Below, one piece after another: positions 9,583 through 19,168 of a DNA stretch of 36,393 nucleotides. A program made the position numbers and the translations under genes. This stretch comes from a virus. Positions within the stretch are counted from its first letter, which is position 1. The number at the start of each line of letters is the position of its first letter. Where the stretch lies: the UHGV virus genome UHGV-0268593; one strand, given 5' to 3'. The notes below the pieces were generated by a model that saw only the letters and a list, made by a program, of their open reading frames with translations, made no database searches and had not been told where the DNA came from.

Positions 9583-10563
9583 TTATTCTCCCGCTTTCAG
9601 GATCGCAAACGGGCATCTCTTAGTCTTATCTTTTGCAAGAGCATTGATTGGATTCGGGATTTCCCATCCAAGACGCATCACCGCACGAAGAGCAATCATA
9701 TCATTCTGCATCAGGTTGTATGCGATAGTTCCATCGGTGTTCTGAATCACGCCTTCCGTGAATAACTTGAATGTAATATCCTGTCTGATGGAATATACAA
9801 GCTGAGAGAAGTCTCCTGAAATCATCAGTGCCTTTGATTTGTCAAACGCTCCGTTGTTTGGGAAATTCATCGGAGAGCCATCTAAAGCATACTGCGTTGT
9901 TCCCTGCAGATCCTGCTTGAACAGCGGATCACCATTCGCGTTCTTCAACCCCCTGAGCTTTGCCCTCATGGAGATATCTGCCATGTGACCATTTACAAAG
10001 TAGCCAGATCCCTCAACTTTCGCAATGACGCCATCTTCTGCCATAATCTTGTCGTACAGACTGTCAGATGCTCCGAGTGTTACGACTGCACTCGCCTTTG
10101 TTGCAGTTGCAACCACATCTTCTCTCCATGTTGACGGCTTATTTTCTCCAAAAAGTACCGCTCCATCAATGACTTTTCCAAATGCTTCTGTCACTCTTGG
10201 CCTTACTTCTGCCCAAATATCATATTCCGAATCATCCAATACAGCTTCTGGAATCGGAACAATTACCGCAATTTCTTCCGCAGTGATAAACTTCTTGTCC
10301 CATGCCTGCTTTGCCGTTTTTTTCTGTCCATTGTCGCCATTTACAAAATAAGCGATCGGCAGCATATCCAATACCGGCATCTTGTACTGCTTACTGGTCA
10401 TATTTGCAAGCTTACGCCCTCTCGAAAGGACTGCCGACTGTGCGATTGTTCCCTGAATAATCTCGCTTGCTTCCTGCACCGGGATTAAAGACTCCGCTCC
10501 GGTACGATCGATAATGCTTACGTCATTATCAAAAATTCTTAAATTCATTCTGTTTCTGTTCAT
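9583..10563 (-). CDS. Major capsid protein
   Basis: A 326-aa ORF follows the scaffold gene. The N-terminus MNRNRMNLRIF-DND resembles a Prp cleavage motif. Confidence 0.8.
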   Translation of the reverse strand: MNRNRMNLRIFDNDVSIIDRTGAESLIPVQEASEIIQGTIAQSAVLSRGRKLANMTSKQYKMPVLDMLPIAYFVNGDNGQKKTAKQAWDKKFITAEEIAVIVPIPEAVLDDSEYDIWAEVRPRVTEAFGKVIDGAVLFGENKPSTWREDVVATATKASAVVTLGASDSLYDKIMAEDGVIAKVEGSGYFVNGHMADISMRAKLRGLKNANGDPLFKQDLQGTTQYALDGSPMNFPNNGAFDKSKALMISGDFSQLVYSIRQDITFKLFTEGVIQNTDGTIAYNLMQNDMIALRAVMRLGWEIPNPINALAKDKTKRCPFAILKAGE

Positions 10564-10575
10564 CTTCTACCTCCA

Positions 10576-11181
10576 TCATCTTCTTGCTGCAGCACGGATA
10601 CGTTCATTGATAGAAGCATTCATGCTTCCACCGGCTCCCTCCGAAGAGCTTCCCGAAGACGTAGACACCCGGTACGTGCCACTGCCTGTATATTTCGGGT
10701 TTTCTTTCAAATACTGTTCTGCAGCTTTTTCAAATGTTGTCTTGTCGTTTACCAGTTTCGATACCTTGAACATGACATAATCAAGATCCTCTGTCTTCAC
10801 TCCTTTGCCTGACAGAAATTTCTCGTTTTTCATCTGCTGTACTTCCTTTAGGGCATCGTCACGTTCTTTTTGCAACTTCGCCGTGTCCGGCTGATTCGCT
10901 GCACGTTCTGACTTAAATCTTGTGATCGCTTCTGTGACTTCTTCCTCTGTCATTCCCTGACCACGGAAAAAGCTTGCAAGAGCTGCACGTTCCGACTTGC
11001 TTGCCCTGGCACTTGCAATTTCTTCCAGCTGTTCATAGGTATAAGTTCCGGAATTGGAAGCTCCGGATGCACTTCCAGCGGTTCCCTGACCGCTGTTCCC
11101 AGTCCCGGCATTTCCGCTCTGTCCGTTAGAGCCAGCTCCGCTGCCGTCCTCAAAAAGCTGTAACATCATTCTTTTCTTCAT
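10576..11181 (-). CDS. Scaffolding protein
   Basis: 201 aa with a Gly/Ser-rich region followed by a charged helical region, placed directly upstream of the capsid gene. N-terminus is MKKRMMLQLF-ED. Confidence 0.7.
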   Translation of the reverse strand: MKKRMMLQLFEDGSGAGSNGQSGNAGTGNSGQGTAGSASGASNSGTYTYEQLEEIASARASKSERAALASFFRGQGMTEEEVTEAITRFKSERAANQPDTAKLQKERDDALKEVQQMKNEKFLSGKGVKTEDLDYVMFKVSKLVNDKTTFEKAAEQYLKENPKYTGSGTYRVSTSSGSSSEGAGGSMNASINERIRAAARR

Positions 11182-11239
11182 TGTTTCTACCTCCGTTTAT
11201 GCTTCGTTGAGCTCCCGAGCTTTTAACGCCTTCACGTTT

Positions 11240-11270
11240 TGGGCAAAAGAAAAACACCCCTCAGGGTGTC
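11240..11270 (-). terminator. Hairpin plus U-tract between the Prp and scaffold genes (terminator/attenuator-like)
   Basis: Stem ACACCC (11254-11259) and GGGTGT (11264-11269) with loop ctca. On the minus strand a T-rich run follows. The stem begins 3 nt after the Prp stop codon. Confidence 0.45.
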
Positions 11271-11272
11271 TC

Positions 11273-11560
11273 CTACAAAAATGTTATACAATTATATTCC
11301 CGGTTGATATCTGTCAATCCGAGAAACCACGAATCTAGCAGCAACTTCCCTCTGTCAGAAAGCCGCTCCCATTCGATCACGGTTCTTCCGCTCCCGGTAT
11401 CTGCCCTGATCCGGTCACCTGTCAGATCATTCAGCGAATTGATCAGGTTGCAGGTGAGAGCGGATACCGCTGCACATGCCCGGTCAATACCATCTGACCC
11501 TTTTCGGCAGGCATGGCCTTTTAATGCAAGCATGTCCTCTCGGACTTTCACCTCAATCAA
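11273..11560 (-). CDS. Prp-like cysteine protease (DUF464 ribosomal-processing protease family, phage form)
   Basis: The motif LKGHACRKGSDGIDRACAAVSAL matches the His/Cys dyad signature GHA...D.vCAavS. The gene sits immediately upstream of scaffold and capsid. Confidence 0.65.
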   Translation of the reverse strand: MIEVKVREDMLALKGHACRKGSDGIDRACAAVSALTCNLINSLNDLTGDRIRADTGSGRTVIEWERLSDRGKLLLDSWFLGLTDINREYNCITFL

Positions 11561-11623
11561 ACAATCACTCCTTTACATTTCCGGTCATTCCCCGCCGGTG
11601 GGAGATATCGGATCACCGCCTTT

Positions 11624-12073
11624 CTATGGATAGTCGTTTGCCATCATTTTCTCGAGATACCATTTTTTTAATTGTTTTTCATTGTCAATCTGTCGCTCTA
11701 TCATTTCGATTTCGTTATCGATCATTCTGATCTGTTCTACAATGTATCGCTGGTCTTTCTCGTTGTCATGCCAGTCTAAAATAAAATTTACGAGAGTACT
11801 AAACTGCAGATTGATTGTAGTCCTATATCTTCTTAAAAAATCTGGAAATACTCTTTTGATAGCTATGTAAAGGTAATCACAATCCACTTCTTTTTTCGGT
11901 TCAAACACTGCAAATCGGCTGTCTATGTTCCCAGCTTCCTTGATCTGTCCGACGAACTCATCGACTGCACTCAATTTAATAAAGCATGTACCGGCTTTAT
12001 ATTTCTTTCCTGATACAGCTCTCTCAACAATGCACACTTCACTGATATTTCTTTTTCTGCATCTTAATTTCAT
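11624..12073 (-). CDS. Type I HsdS-like specificity protein with a single target-recognition domain
   Basis: A TRD-like core (YLYIAIK...LVNFILDWH..EQIRMIDNEIE, a conserved helical repeat) overlaps the MTase gene through ATGA. The region is AT-rich. Confidence 0.55.
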   Translation of the reverse strand: MKLRCRKRNISEVCIVERAVSGKKYKAGTCFIKLSAVDEFVGQIKEAGNIDSRFAVFEPKKEVDCDYLYIAIKRVFPDFLRRYRTTINLQFSTLVNFILDWHDNEKDQRYIVEQIRMIDNEIEMIERQIDNEKQLKKWYLEKMMANDYP

Positions 12074-13371
12074 GTCCAGCTCAACTCCAACTGATCATAT
12101 TGTTTCTTTTCTGTTTTCCTTCTTTGCTTTGGATTTAAAATGATCTTATGCATCTCAATGGCATTCATATCCTCAGCGTTTCCAGTTAAATCCTGCAGCA
12201 TTTTATATAGCTCGTCTTTAACTTTTTTCTCTTCTTCGTCAATTTCTCTAAGATTCGTCAAAATCTTTCGTACATCTGGCAAAGGTTCATGCACGAAGCT
12301 GTCTACATACCTTGGTATGTTCAAATTGAAATCATTCTTTTCAATTTCCGAATAACTCGTAATATGCGAGTATCTCTCCACTTCTTGTCTGTTTAAAAAA
12401 GTATCTACAACTTTACCGGTCTGCTGTTCTGTCATATCGTTTTGTGCAGATTTTTTTATGAAATCTTTGCTCGCATCTATAAAAAGTATGTCCGGAGAAT
12501 CATATTGCAAAATTAAAACGAAAACCGGAATACTTGTATTTAAGAACAACTTATCCGGAAGTCCTATTACCGCATTGATTAAGCGCTCTTGCACTAACCA
12601 TTTTCGGATATCTCCTTCACCTGCCCCACGGAATAAAACACCATGCGGAAGAATTGCGATCAGTCGCCCGCCTCTGTTTAGATGCTCTAATCCACGTAAT
12701 ATGAATCCATAATCTGCTTTACTTTTCGGTATTTTATGTCCCATGATTCTCATCTCATCCGCCTCCGGAAATTTCATGGAATACGGTGGATTCATGATTA
12801 CATTATCAAAACATCCTGCTTCTTGTCGTTCCTGTAAGGATACGATACTGATACCGCCCCGCTCTTCAAGTAAGTAGGTTTCCTGTACTGTATTCCTCAG
12901 ACAATCCGCCTTGCTTATCGTGCCTTGCATACCGTTCATACATGCGTCCAGAATGGCAAATGGAATCGTCCTTTCAGAAAATTCCTGTTCGTTAATTTCA
13001 ATCCCACGTTTTAATGCAGCCATTTTACTCAGAGCTCCTGTTCCGGAACACATATCCAAACAAGTACCGTCAATCATTAGATCGGCTACAATAGAGCAGA
13101 TGCAATCGGGTGTAAAATCTTGCTTTAAACTTTTTCTATCTCCCTGCTCTTCCTGGAACATATCCCGAATATCGCAAGAAATTTGTTCTTTAATCTGCGT
13201 GATAGTCTTTTCTGCATCCGGTGATAATAACATCTCCATTATTTTGTCCGGAAGCCGGTAAGATTCTTTTACGTCAAAAAACTCCTGAAGTGTCATACCA
13301 CAACCTCTCCTCGCCTTAAAAATGGGTACAAAAATACCACTCACTCTCTCGAATGGGTGGTATCTATTCAA
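12070..13371 (-). CDS. N6-adenine DNA methyltransferase (gamma class, HsdM-like)
   Basis: Motif I is LDMCSGTGALS and motif IV is VIMNPPYS, with an FTPD N-terminal region. No restriction subunit is adjacent. Confidence 0.8.
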   Translation of the reverse strand: MNRYHPFERVSGIFVPIFKARRGCGMTLQEFFDVKESYRLPDKIMEMLLSPDAEKTITQIKEQISCDIRDMFQEEQGDRKSLKQDFTPDCICSIVADLMIDGTCLDMCSGTGALSKMAALKRGIEINEQEFSERTIPFAILDACMNGMQGTISKADCLRNTVQETYLLEERGGISIVSLQERQEAGCFDNVIMNPPYSMKFPEADEMRIMGHKIPKSKADYGFILRGLEHLNRGGRLIAILPHGVLFRGAGEGDIRKWLVQERLINAVIGLPDKLFLNTSIPVFVLILQYDSPDILFIDASKDFIKKSAQNDMTEQQTGKVVDTFLNRQEVERYSHITSYSEIEKNDFNLNIPRYVDSFVHEPLPDVRKILTNLREIDEEEKKVKDELYKMLQDLTGNAEDMNAIEMHKIILNPKQRRKTEKKQYDQLELSWT

Positions 13372-13621
13372 TTTGTTTCATTTCATCTTCTATTTCTTCT
13401 CTTTTCCAACCTTCCTCTGAGAGAATATCTAAGATTTCTTCCGGCTCACACAATATCTCTTCCAATTTCCAAATTCTTTCACGCAAGTGTGTTCTTCTGA
13501 CGGCAAATTCTATTTCTTCATCAGAATCCCCTAGCCTTCTAAAAACATCTTTCATTTCCTCATCTTCAATTTCCTGAAGTTTTTTATCGATATCAGGTGT
13601 ATCTGGGTCAAACATTGTCAT
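13364..13621 (-). CDS. Small highly acidic protein (possible DNA mimic)
   Basis: 85 aa, very rich in D/E, overlapping the MTase start. Confidence 0.4.
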   Translation of the reverse strand: MTMFDPDTPDIDKKLQEIEDEEMKDVFRRLGDSDEEIEFAVRRTHLRERIWKLEEILCEPEEILDILSEEGWKREEIEDEMKQIE

Positions 13622-15519
13622 TATAATCCCTCCATGATTTCTTCGAGTATTTCACCAAAGATTCTTGCTGCTTCTCGTGGTTTTTTACTAGTCATATATT
13701 CAGAAAAACATTCCGCAAAGAACTCTCGCTCATTTTTGTAAGCGTATTCTGAAATATGCTTTGTGATGAATTCCTTTTTAGAAAAATCTAACGCATCGTT
13801 CAGTTCTCGTCCTTTGTAGCCCATTCTAGTCCAGTCTGCACGCTCCGCACGTGTATAATCAAAATATCCTAATCTTTGTAAGACTTCTCTCCTAACTGCT
13901 ACGCTCGTCCTTGTTACACCATATTTTTCTATCTTTCCTCCATATATACCTTTCCATGTAAGGTAACCATCTAACTGATGTCCCATTTCATGAACGATTA
14001 TACTGTCGGCGGTAGTTCCAAGTGGAGAAAATCCAATTTTTATATAATGCTCATATTTTTTCTTTAACTTTTCGTAATCCGAAAAATAGGAACTAAGTTT
14101 AATAACACCATGCATAGAACTGCTTGAGGCAATCGACTTCAAATCTGAATCATATATGATTTTATTTGTATATCCTTTGAGCTGCGGAAATTTGTCAAAT
14201 ACTTTCTTAATTCCATTATATACCGATTTTCTTGATTTTTCATCAACTTTACTGAAATCAATTTTATCCTTACCGATACCCATTACTTTTGATAATTTTG
14301 ACTTTTCAAACAAGTTATCTGTACTGGAGGCTTTTATAACCATTTTTCTGGATATTTTTCCAGGTGCAACCCTGCCTTTCATATCCAAATAAATTCTTTC
14401 ACGTTCCTGTTTAAGTCCCATTTTCTTCGAGAACCTTGCATACTCATCTAACTGTCCTTGGTACTTACATCGAGCTAACATAACATCATCCGGATCAGCA
14501 CCGCCTTTTTGCAATAGCTGCACCTTTTCACGCTGTGCCCGCATAGCAGTTTCCATTTGACGCTGCCGTTGTTTTGCTTCGTAAAGAGTGTATTCTTTAC
14601 CACGGAACTCGGTCGGCTCGCTTTCTTTCCGATTCTGTTCGTCTAGCCAGTCATCCGTATAAGCTCGTACCGATACACCGGGAACAAAAGGGAAGTAAGT
14701 ATGGTAGCAGTTTGCTCCACATAGTCCGGTTACTGTACCGAGTCCACAGACATCATACAATTGCTGTTGACTCCACACTCTGCCCTGCCATATCGTATGC
14801 GTTGGTCTCGCCCCTGCGTGCCATTCCACTTCAAAATATTCCGTACCGAGCTTTTCAGCATTATATTCCGCAATCTTCCCAGAAAGCTGCGTCAGTCCGG
14901 TCATGACAGCCCGTCTTGCTGCGACCTCGATTCGATTTGCATACCCCGATGAATATTCTATCTGCCGAAGTCCGCTATTCGTGAGCTGAGTGACTACCCG
15001 CCGGAGAACTGTATTATAATCAAATGCTCCTGTGACAATGTCCATGCAGGCATTATCGAGATACCCACTGTATACCTGTGACAATGGAGTTAATACCTTT
15101 CTGCCACCGTAATCCAAATAAAAGCCTAGAGATCTTGTAATATTTTCCAAGTCCTCAAGGCTTTGCTTTTTGATAGCTGATGTCACCTGTATCAGATGTT
15201 CATTTTCTTCAAAAGGTATGTATTCCGCATTGATCTGTTCATAGAGGTCCTTGTTCCTGACGTATTCCCAGTCGATCACTTTGTCGTACAGTTCAAACAT
15301 TTCCGGGTAAGAAGCATTCAGAGTGTCTTTCAATGCATTTTCAATGTCCTCCGAAGAATACCCTAGTATTTTTAACCGGTTAATCTGCCAGTCTGCTGTG
15401 CTGGTGATTTCGCCCGTCTTCTTAATTCTCCGAACAATATCCTGCATGATCCTGACTTCAAGATCTGCGTATCTTGCCGCAATCTTGCTGGCGATCTTTT
15501 CCTTGTATTCATTTCTCAT
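13621..15519 (-). CDS. Minor head protein (MuF/SPP1 gp7 family) fused to a C-terminal anthrax-lethal-factor-like zincin domain
   Basis: 632 aa placed right after the portal gene. The C-terminus carries HEMGH followed by NEREFFAECF, the HExxH plus ExxFAExF gluzincin pattern. Confidence 0.75.
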   Translation of the reverse strand: MRNEYKEKIASKIAARYADLEVRIMQDIVRRIKKTGEITSTADWQINRLKILGYSSEDIENALKDTLNASYPEMFELYDKVIDWEYVRNKDLYEQINAEYIPFEENEHLIQVTSAIKKQSLEDLENITRSLGFYLDYGGRKVLTPLSQVYSGYLDNACMDIVTGAFDYNTVLRRVVTQLTNSGLRQIEYSSGYANRIEVAARRAVMTGLTQLSGKIAEYNAEKLGTEYFEVEWHAGARPTHTIWQGRVWSQQQLYDVCGLGTVTGLCGANCYHTYFPFVPGVSVRAYTDDWLDEQNRKESEPTEFRGKEYTLYEAKQRQRQMETAMRAQREKVQLLQKGGADPDDVMLARCKYQGQLDEYARFSKKMGLKQERERIYLDMKGRVAPGKISRKMVIKASSTDNLFEKSKLSKVMGIGKDKIDFSKVDEKSRKSVYNGIKKVFDKFPQLKGYTNKIIYDSDLKSIASSSSMHGVIKLSSYFSDYEKLKKKYEHYIKIGFSPLGTTADSIIVHEMGHQLDGYLTWKGIYGGKIEKYGVTRTSVAVRREVLQRLGYFDYTRAERADWTRMGYKGRELNDALDFSKKEFITKHISEYAYKNEREFFAECFSEYMTSKKPREAARIFGEILEEIMEGL

Positions 15520-15520
15520 A

Positions 15521-16936
15521 TCACTCCATCACCTGATTTTGCTCGGGAAGATTCTGACGAGCCTGCTCAACCGTTTCTCCATACCACTTCGCCCGATATT
15601 CTTCCAACCTCATCACGCCCATGCTCACATCCTGCCGATCCTGCTGACGTTCCGAATCCTTATCCTCAATGATGGAATCATCAAAATCTATCGTGATTTC
15701 TGTATCAGGATCCAGTACATTCCCCGTGACCTGACCGAGCCGGATAATAATTCTGATTAATCTCTTTAGCACGTCTTCCAGAATGATCTCATGCTTTTTC
15801 AGCATCCGGTACATGTCTGAATTTTCAGAAATAATTTCCGTAGCTGTTTTGGCTCCAATCCCGTTAAATTGATACCGGTTCGTGCCAAATCCACACTTTA
15901 AGGAAAGATAATTCAGATCGTCATTGATCGCCTTGCTGTGTGCTTCTACCCGAAGCTGCATATCAACTTCTTTGATAAGCCCTTCACCTTTTTCGTTATA
16001 ATCATCCGGCAGCTTGTAAAATACCGCATCCTCCGGGTCAAATGCCGGTGTCCCGTCATCATTGGTCAGCAATTCAGGTGCAACAAAAATCCGCTTTCGC
16101 CCAAGATCAAACTCATTACAATACGAATCATATTCAGTATCCAATTTTCTCAACGTATCAATAGCATTCGCAAAAATAGCAATTCCCATCGGGTTGCTCG
16201 TATCTGCATTATTGGTTATGTTTAAACGGTCAAGCACAAACTGCGGCTCTGTCGATCCGGTTTGAACAGTAGCTGTCAAATTCTTAAATGGTCGCAATTC
16301 TTTCCATTCTTTCTCATCAACTTCTGTTCCTGAAGACTCACCGGATCCACATCTGAGAACTTTATTTTCTATAATGTAATTTCCATCTTCTGCTTTTCGA
16401 TGATGCTGCAAATGCACATATTTCTTTCGATTGGCTGTATGCGGAAAAGCAAAAATACACTCCGAAACTTCTCCATTCTTCCAGCTCACTGGAAAAATAT
16501 TGGGTGCATCCACATATTCAATTCCAATCTTTCCTGATAGTACGGAGCCATCCTCGCTCACTTCCGTATCATACAAATACGGAATGTATGCAACTGTTCC
16601 AGTGTATGCCTTACGCTCCTGGAAGTCATTTCCGATCACCAGAAAATGGTTTTCATCTAATATTTCCTGCACAAATTTTTGTGTAGCATCATCTTCCAAT
16701 GTGATCATAACCTTTTCGTTTAGCAGCAGGTCTGCAATATCCTCAGAAAGCTTTTTCGCCATCCCCATGCTCTTTCGCCTGCATCGGTTATACGTTCCAC
16801 GCCCAGTATACGCCTTGTAAAAAGAAAACCCTCTTACATTGGAGTTGTACCAGCTGATCCATTCGTTTATCTTTTGATAAAATGACGTATCCACAGTGTC
16901 TATTCCTGCTTTCCTGAAATAACTAAAAATGTTCAC
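15521..16936 (-). CDS. Portal protein
   Basis: 471 aa between TerL and the MuF gene, with an ATGA overlap to TerL. Confidence 0.85.
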   Translation of the reverse strand: MNIFSYFRKAGIDTVDTSFYQKINEWISWYNSNVRGFSFYKAYTGRGTYNRCRRKSMGMAKKLSEDIADLLLNEKVMITLEDDATQKFVQEILDENHFLVIGNDFQERKAYTGTVAYIPYLYDTEVSEDGSVLSGKIGIEYVDAPNIFPVSWKNGEVSECIFAFPHTANRKKYVHLQHHRKAEDGNYIIENKVLRCGSGESSGTEVDEKEWKELRPFKNLTATVQTGSTEPQFVLDRLNITNNADTSNPMGIAIFANAIDTLRKLDTEYDSYCNEFDLGRKRIFVAPELLTNDDGTPAFDPEDAVFYKLPDDYNEKGEGLIKEVDMQLRVEAHSKAINDDLNYLSLKCGFGTNRYQFNGIGAKTATEIISENSDMYRMLKKHEIILEDVLKRLIRIIIRLGQVTGNVLDPDTEITIDFDDSIIEDKDSERQQDRQDVSMGVMRLEEYRAKWYGETVEQARQNLPEQNQVME

Positions 16937-18291
16937 CCCTCATCACCTCCTTCATCTATTGGCAGCCAATGCCTTATCCTGCTCCACGCTCCCATCACCG
17001 CGTACCGGATCGCATCCATGCAGTGATCATCCATTTTTACTGGCACTTCCTTACCTCTTTCAATAGATTTTTTATCATATTCATAAGTTCCAAATTCCCG
17101 GTCTGCATTCTCCTGACTGGGATCAATCGACATCACCTCGAACGAAAGTGCTTTTTGCACTCTGCTAATGCCAAGAGCAACACTGTTATCTGCATCACGC
17201 AACTTCACAGAATATTCTAGGTTTCTCGTTGCTCTCCTGACCTCTTCCGCAAGCCCTTTTGCTGATGGATCCAGGAACAGATAAAAAACTGATGTCCCAT
17301 ATTTTTTCCTGATGTTTTTTGTAAAATCCACAAAGTCCTGAGCATATTCTGACGGACTTTTCTGCCGCCCGGAATCACGCCCACTGTGGTAGTATTCTCC
17401 AAGTCCGGGGAATTTCTTGCGGTACAGATCTAGTCCGAAAGCTTCAAAGGTTGTGGCGTTCTGCTGTCCATAGTCGCCACCGATATAGACTCTTTCATAA
17501 ATCCGTTGCGAATCTGCTTTCTGCCTGTGGCGATTGCCGTACATATAGTAGATCAATTCGTCCACACCGATCGCCTCGCCCAGCCAAACCCATCTATACA
17601 TTTTTGGATCAGATTTCTTCATAGCTTCAGCAGATGCAATCAGGTCAGGACCAAGCCAGTCCACCGGCACGTCCCGGTAATCCGTATGAATATGGATGCA
17701 GTCCTCTCGTTTTTCCATCTTCTTGCACCACAAATTGATGGGGGCATTCGGATTCTTTGGAGGATTATAGAGATAGATCATCTGAAATCCACCTTTATTT
17801 CCACGAACAAACGTCGCTTCAATATTGGTCAGTTCATCTTCTCCCTCTCCATCGTCAAAAAACTCTGTCAACTCATCCAACACAACCAACTTGATTGGCT
17901 TATCTTCATCAATGATACCTTTTGTATCATCGATCCCGTCTGACCCAGCAAAATACATTGTCGTCCCATGCTTTTTATATGTTATTTCCATCGGGGATTT
18001 TGTAATCAGGAATTTACTTTTGGGAATTTCCAACCGATTGATCCCCCTTAGCATTTCTTTGTAGACTGTTTTTCTCAGCTTATTATGGTGTTTTCTTAAA
18101 ACAACAACCGATCCATTCGCATCTGATACAAGCTGATAATCCGATCTTACCGCTGCGTAGCTCGACTTCGTTCCGGCTCTTCCGGAAGTCAGTATAATGT
18201 GCTTAATATGCCGATTATTAAATATCGGCAGGTATTTCGGGATTATTATCTCCGATATCTTCACTTGCTTCTTTCGGTGCGTCATTGACAA
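16933..18291 (-). CDS. terL: Terminase large subunit
   Basis: 452 aa with a Walker A-like motif (LTSGRAGTKS) and nuclease-type acidic motifs, placed upstream of the portal gene. Confidence 0.85.
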   Translation of the reverse strand: MSMTHRKKQVKISEIIIPKYLPIFNNRHIKHIILTSGRAGTKSSYAAVRSDYQLVSDANGSVVVLRKHHNKLRKTVYKEMLRGINRLEIPKSKFLITKSPMEITYKKHGTTMYFAGSDGIDDTKGIIDEDKPIKLVVLDELTEFFDDGEGEDELTNIEATFVRGNKGGFQMIYLYNPPKNPNAPINLWCKKMEKREDCIHIHTDYRDVPVDWLGPDLIASAEAMKKSDPKMYRWVWLGEAIGVDELIYYMYGNRHRQKADSQRIYERVYIGGDYGQQNATTFEAFGLDLYRKKFPGLGEYYHSGRDSGRQKSPSEYAQDFVDFTKNIRKKYGTSVFYLFLDPSAKGLAEEVRRATRNLEYSVKLRDADNSVALGISRVQKALSFEVMSIDPSQENADREFGTYEYDKKSIERGKEVPVKMDDHCMDAIRYAVMGAWSRIRHWLPIDEGGDEG

Positions 18292-18772
18292 TCTCTACTC
18301 CCCCATCTTCATCTCCATCGCCGCCGCTCATCCTTGCTGTATTCGCACGGATCTGTTCAATTCTTGCCTGCTGCTCCTCTTCATCCAGTTCTGTCTTTTC
18401 CGTCCAACCCTTGAAGTTGTTTCTCAGGCTGAACTGAGCCCCGCTCGACCCGTCCCGGTCAAAGAGCCGTTCCTCTGCATAGGCCTCTATCATCGTCTTT
18501 GCACGCGTAATCGTGTTCATAAACTCCTTTTTCCCTTGATAGTTCAATAGTGACAGCCTCGTAGAAAATCCAAGGGCTAAAGCTAGTCCTGTGACTGTTG
18601 GAGGACGTTGATTGATCACTACCGGACTTCCGAATTTATTAAATATCGGCTTTCCTTCATCATCTTTCAGAATTTCTCCTTCACATTCTTTAAAATACTC
18701 TTCAATCTTTTCTTCAATTTCTTCTTTACTCTTATACTTTGGCGGTCTTCCGACTGCCTTTTTTGTAGCCAT
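18218..18772 (-). CDS. terS: Terminase small subunit
   Basis: 184 aa with an N-terminal GRPPKY HTH-like motif and an acidic tail, placed directly upstream of TerL. Confidence 0.7.
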   Translation of the reverse strand: MATKKAVGRPPKYKSKEEIEEKIEEYFKECEGEILKDDEGKPIFNKFGSPVVINQRPPTVTGLALALGFSTRLSLLNYQGKKEFMNTITRAKTMIEAYAEERLFDRDGSSGAQFSLRNNFKGWTEKTELDEEEQQARIEQIRANTARMSGGDGDEDGGVEIVNDAPKEASEDIGDNNPEIPADI

Positions 18773-18790
18773 TTGACCACCTCCATGCTA

Positions 18791-19168
18791 TTAAATGCCT
18801 CTACGTCCTCCACGGCGACCTTTCGTAGCTCTCCTCTGATCTCCACGGTTGCCGCCCATCGATGCGTCTGCCTGGTTAAGAAAATCGTTCGTCGCTTTCC
18901 TGTCTGCCTCATATGCCTTCTGTTCTGCTGCTTTCGACGCTGCAGTTACCGGCTTTACAGTTGCCCCATTTGCCTGGACTCTTTTTGTAAAATCCCTTAC
19001 TGTCATATTCAGCGGAGTAGGCTGTGGCGTTCCTCCCACTCCCCGCTGATAATAATTCATTCCGTTTTTCTCGGAAAAATAATACCTTGTAGTCTCTCCG
19101 TTGTGCGTTACATCAACACCACTTCCACCTCCGCCGCCACCAGATTTACTCCCTCTACCACCCATCAC
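18791..19168 (-). CDS. Gly-rich hypothetical protein
   Basis: 125-aa ORF in the late operon before terS. Confidence 0.35.
   Translation of the reverse strand: MMGGRGSKSGGGGGGSGVDVTHNGETTRYYFSEKNGMNYYQRGVGGTPQPTPLNMTVRDFTKRVQANGATVKPVTAASKAAEQKAYEADRKATNDFLNQADASMGGNRGDQRRATKGRRGGRRGI

Noticed and set aside
9082-9765. 227-aa and 194-aa plus-strand ORFs overlapping the capsid and connector genes
   Set aside because: They are antisense to well-supported structural genes and have Arg/Cys/His-rich, non-protein-like composition.
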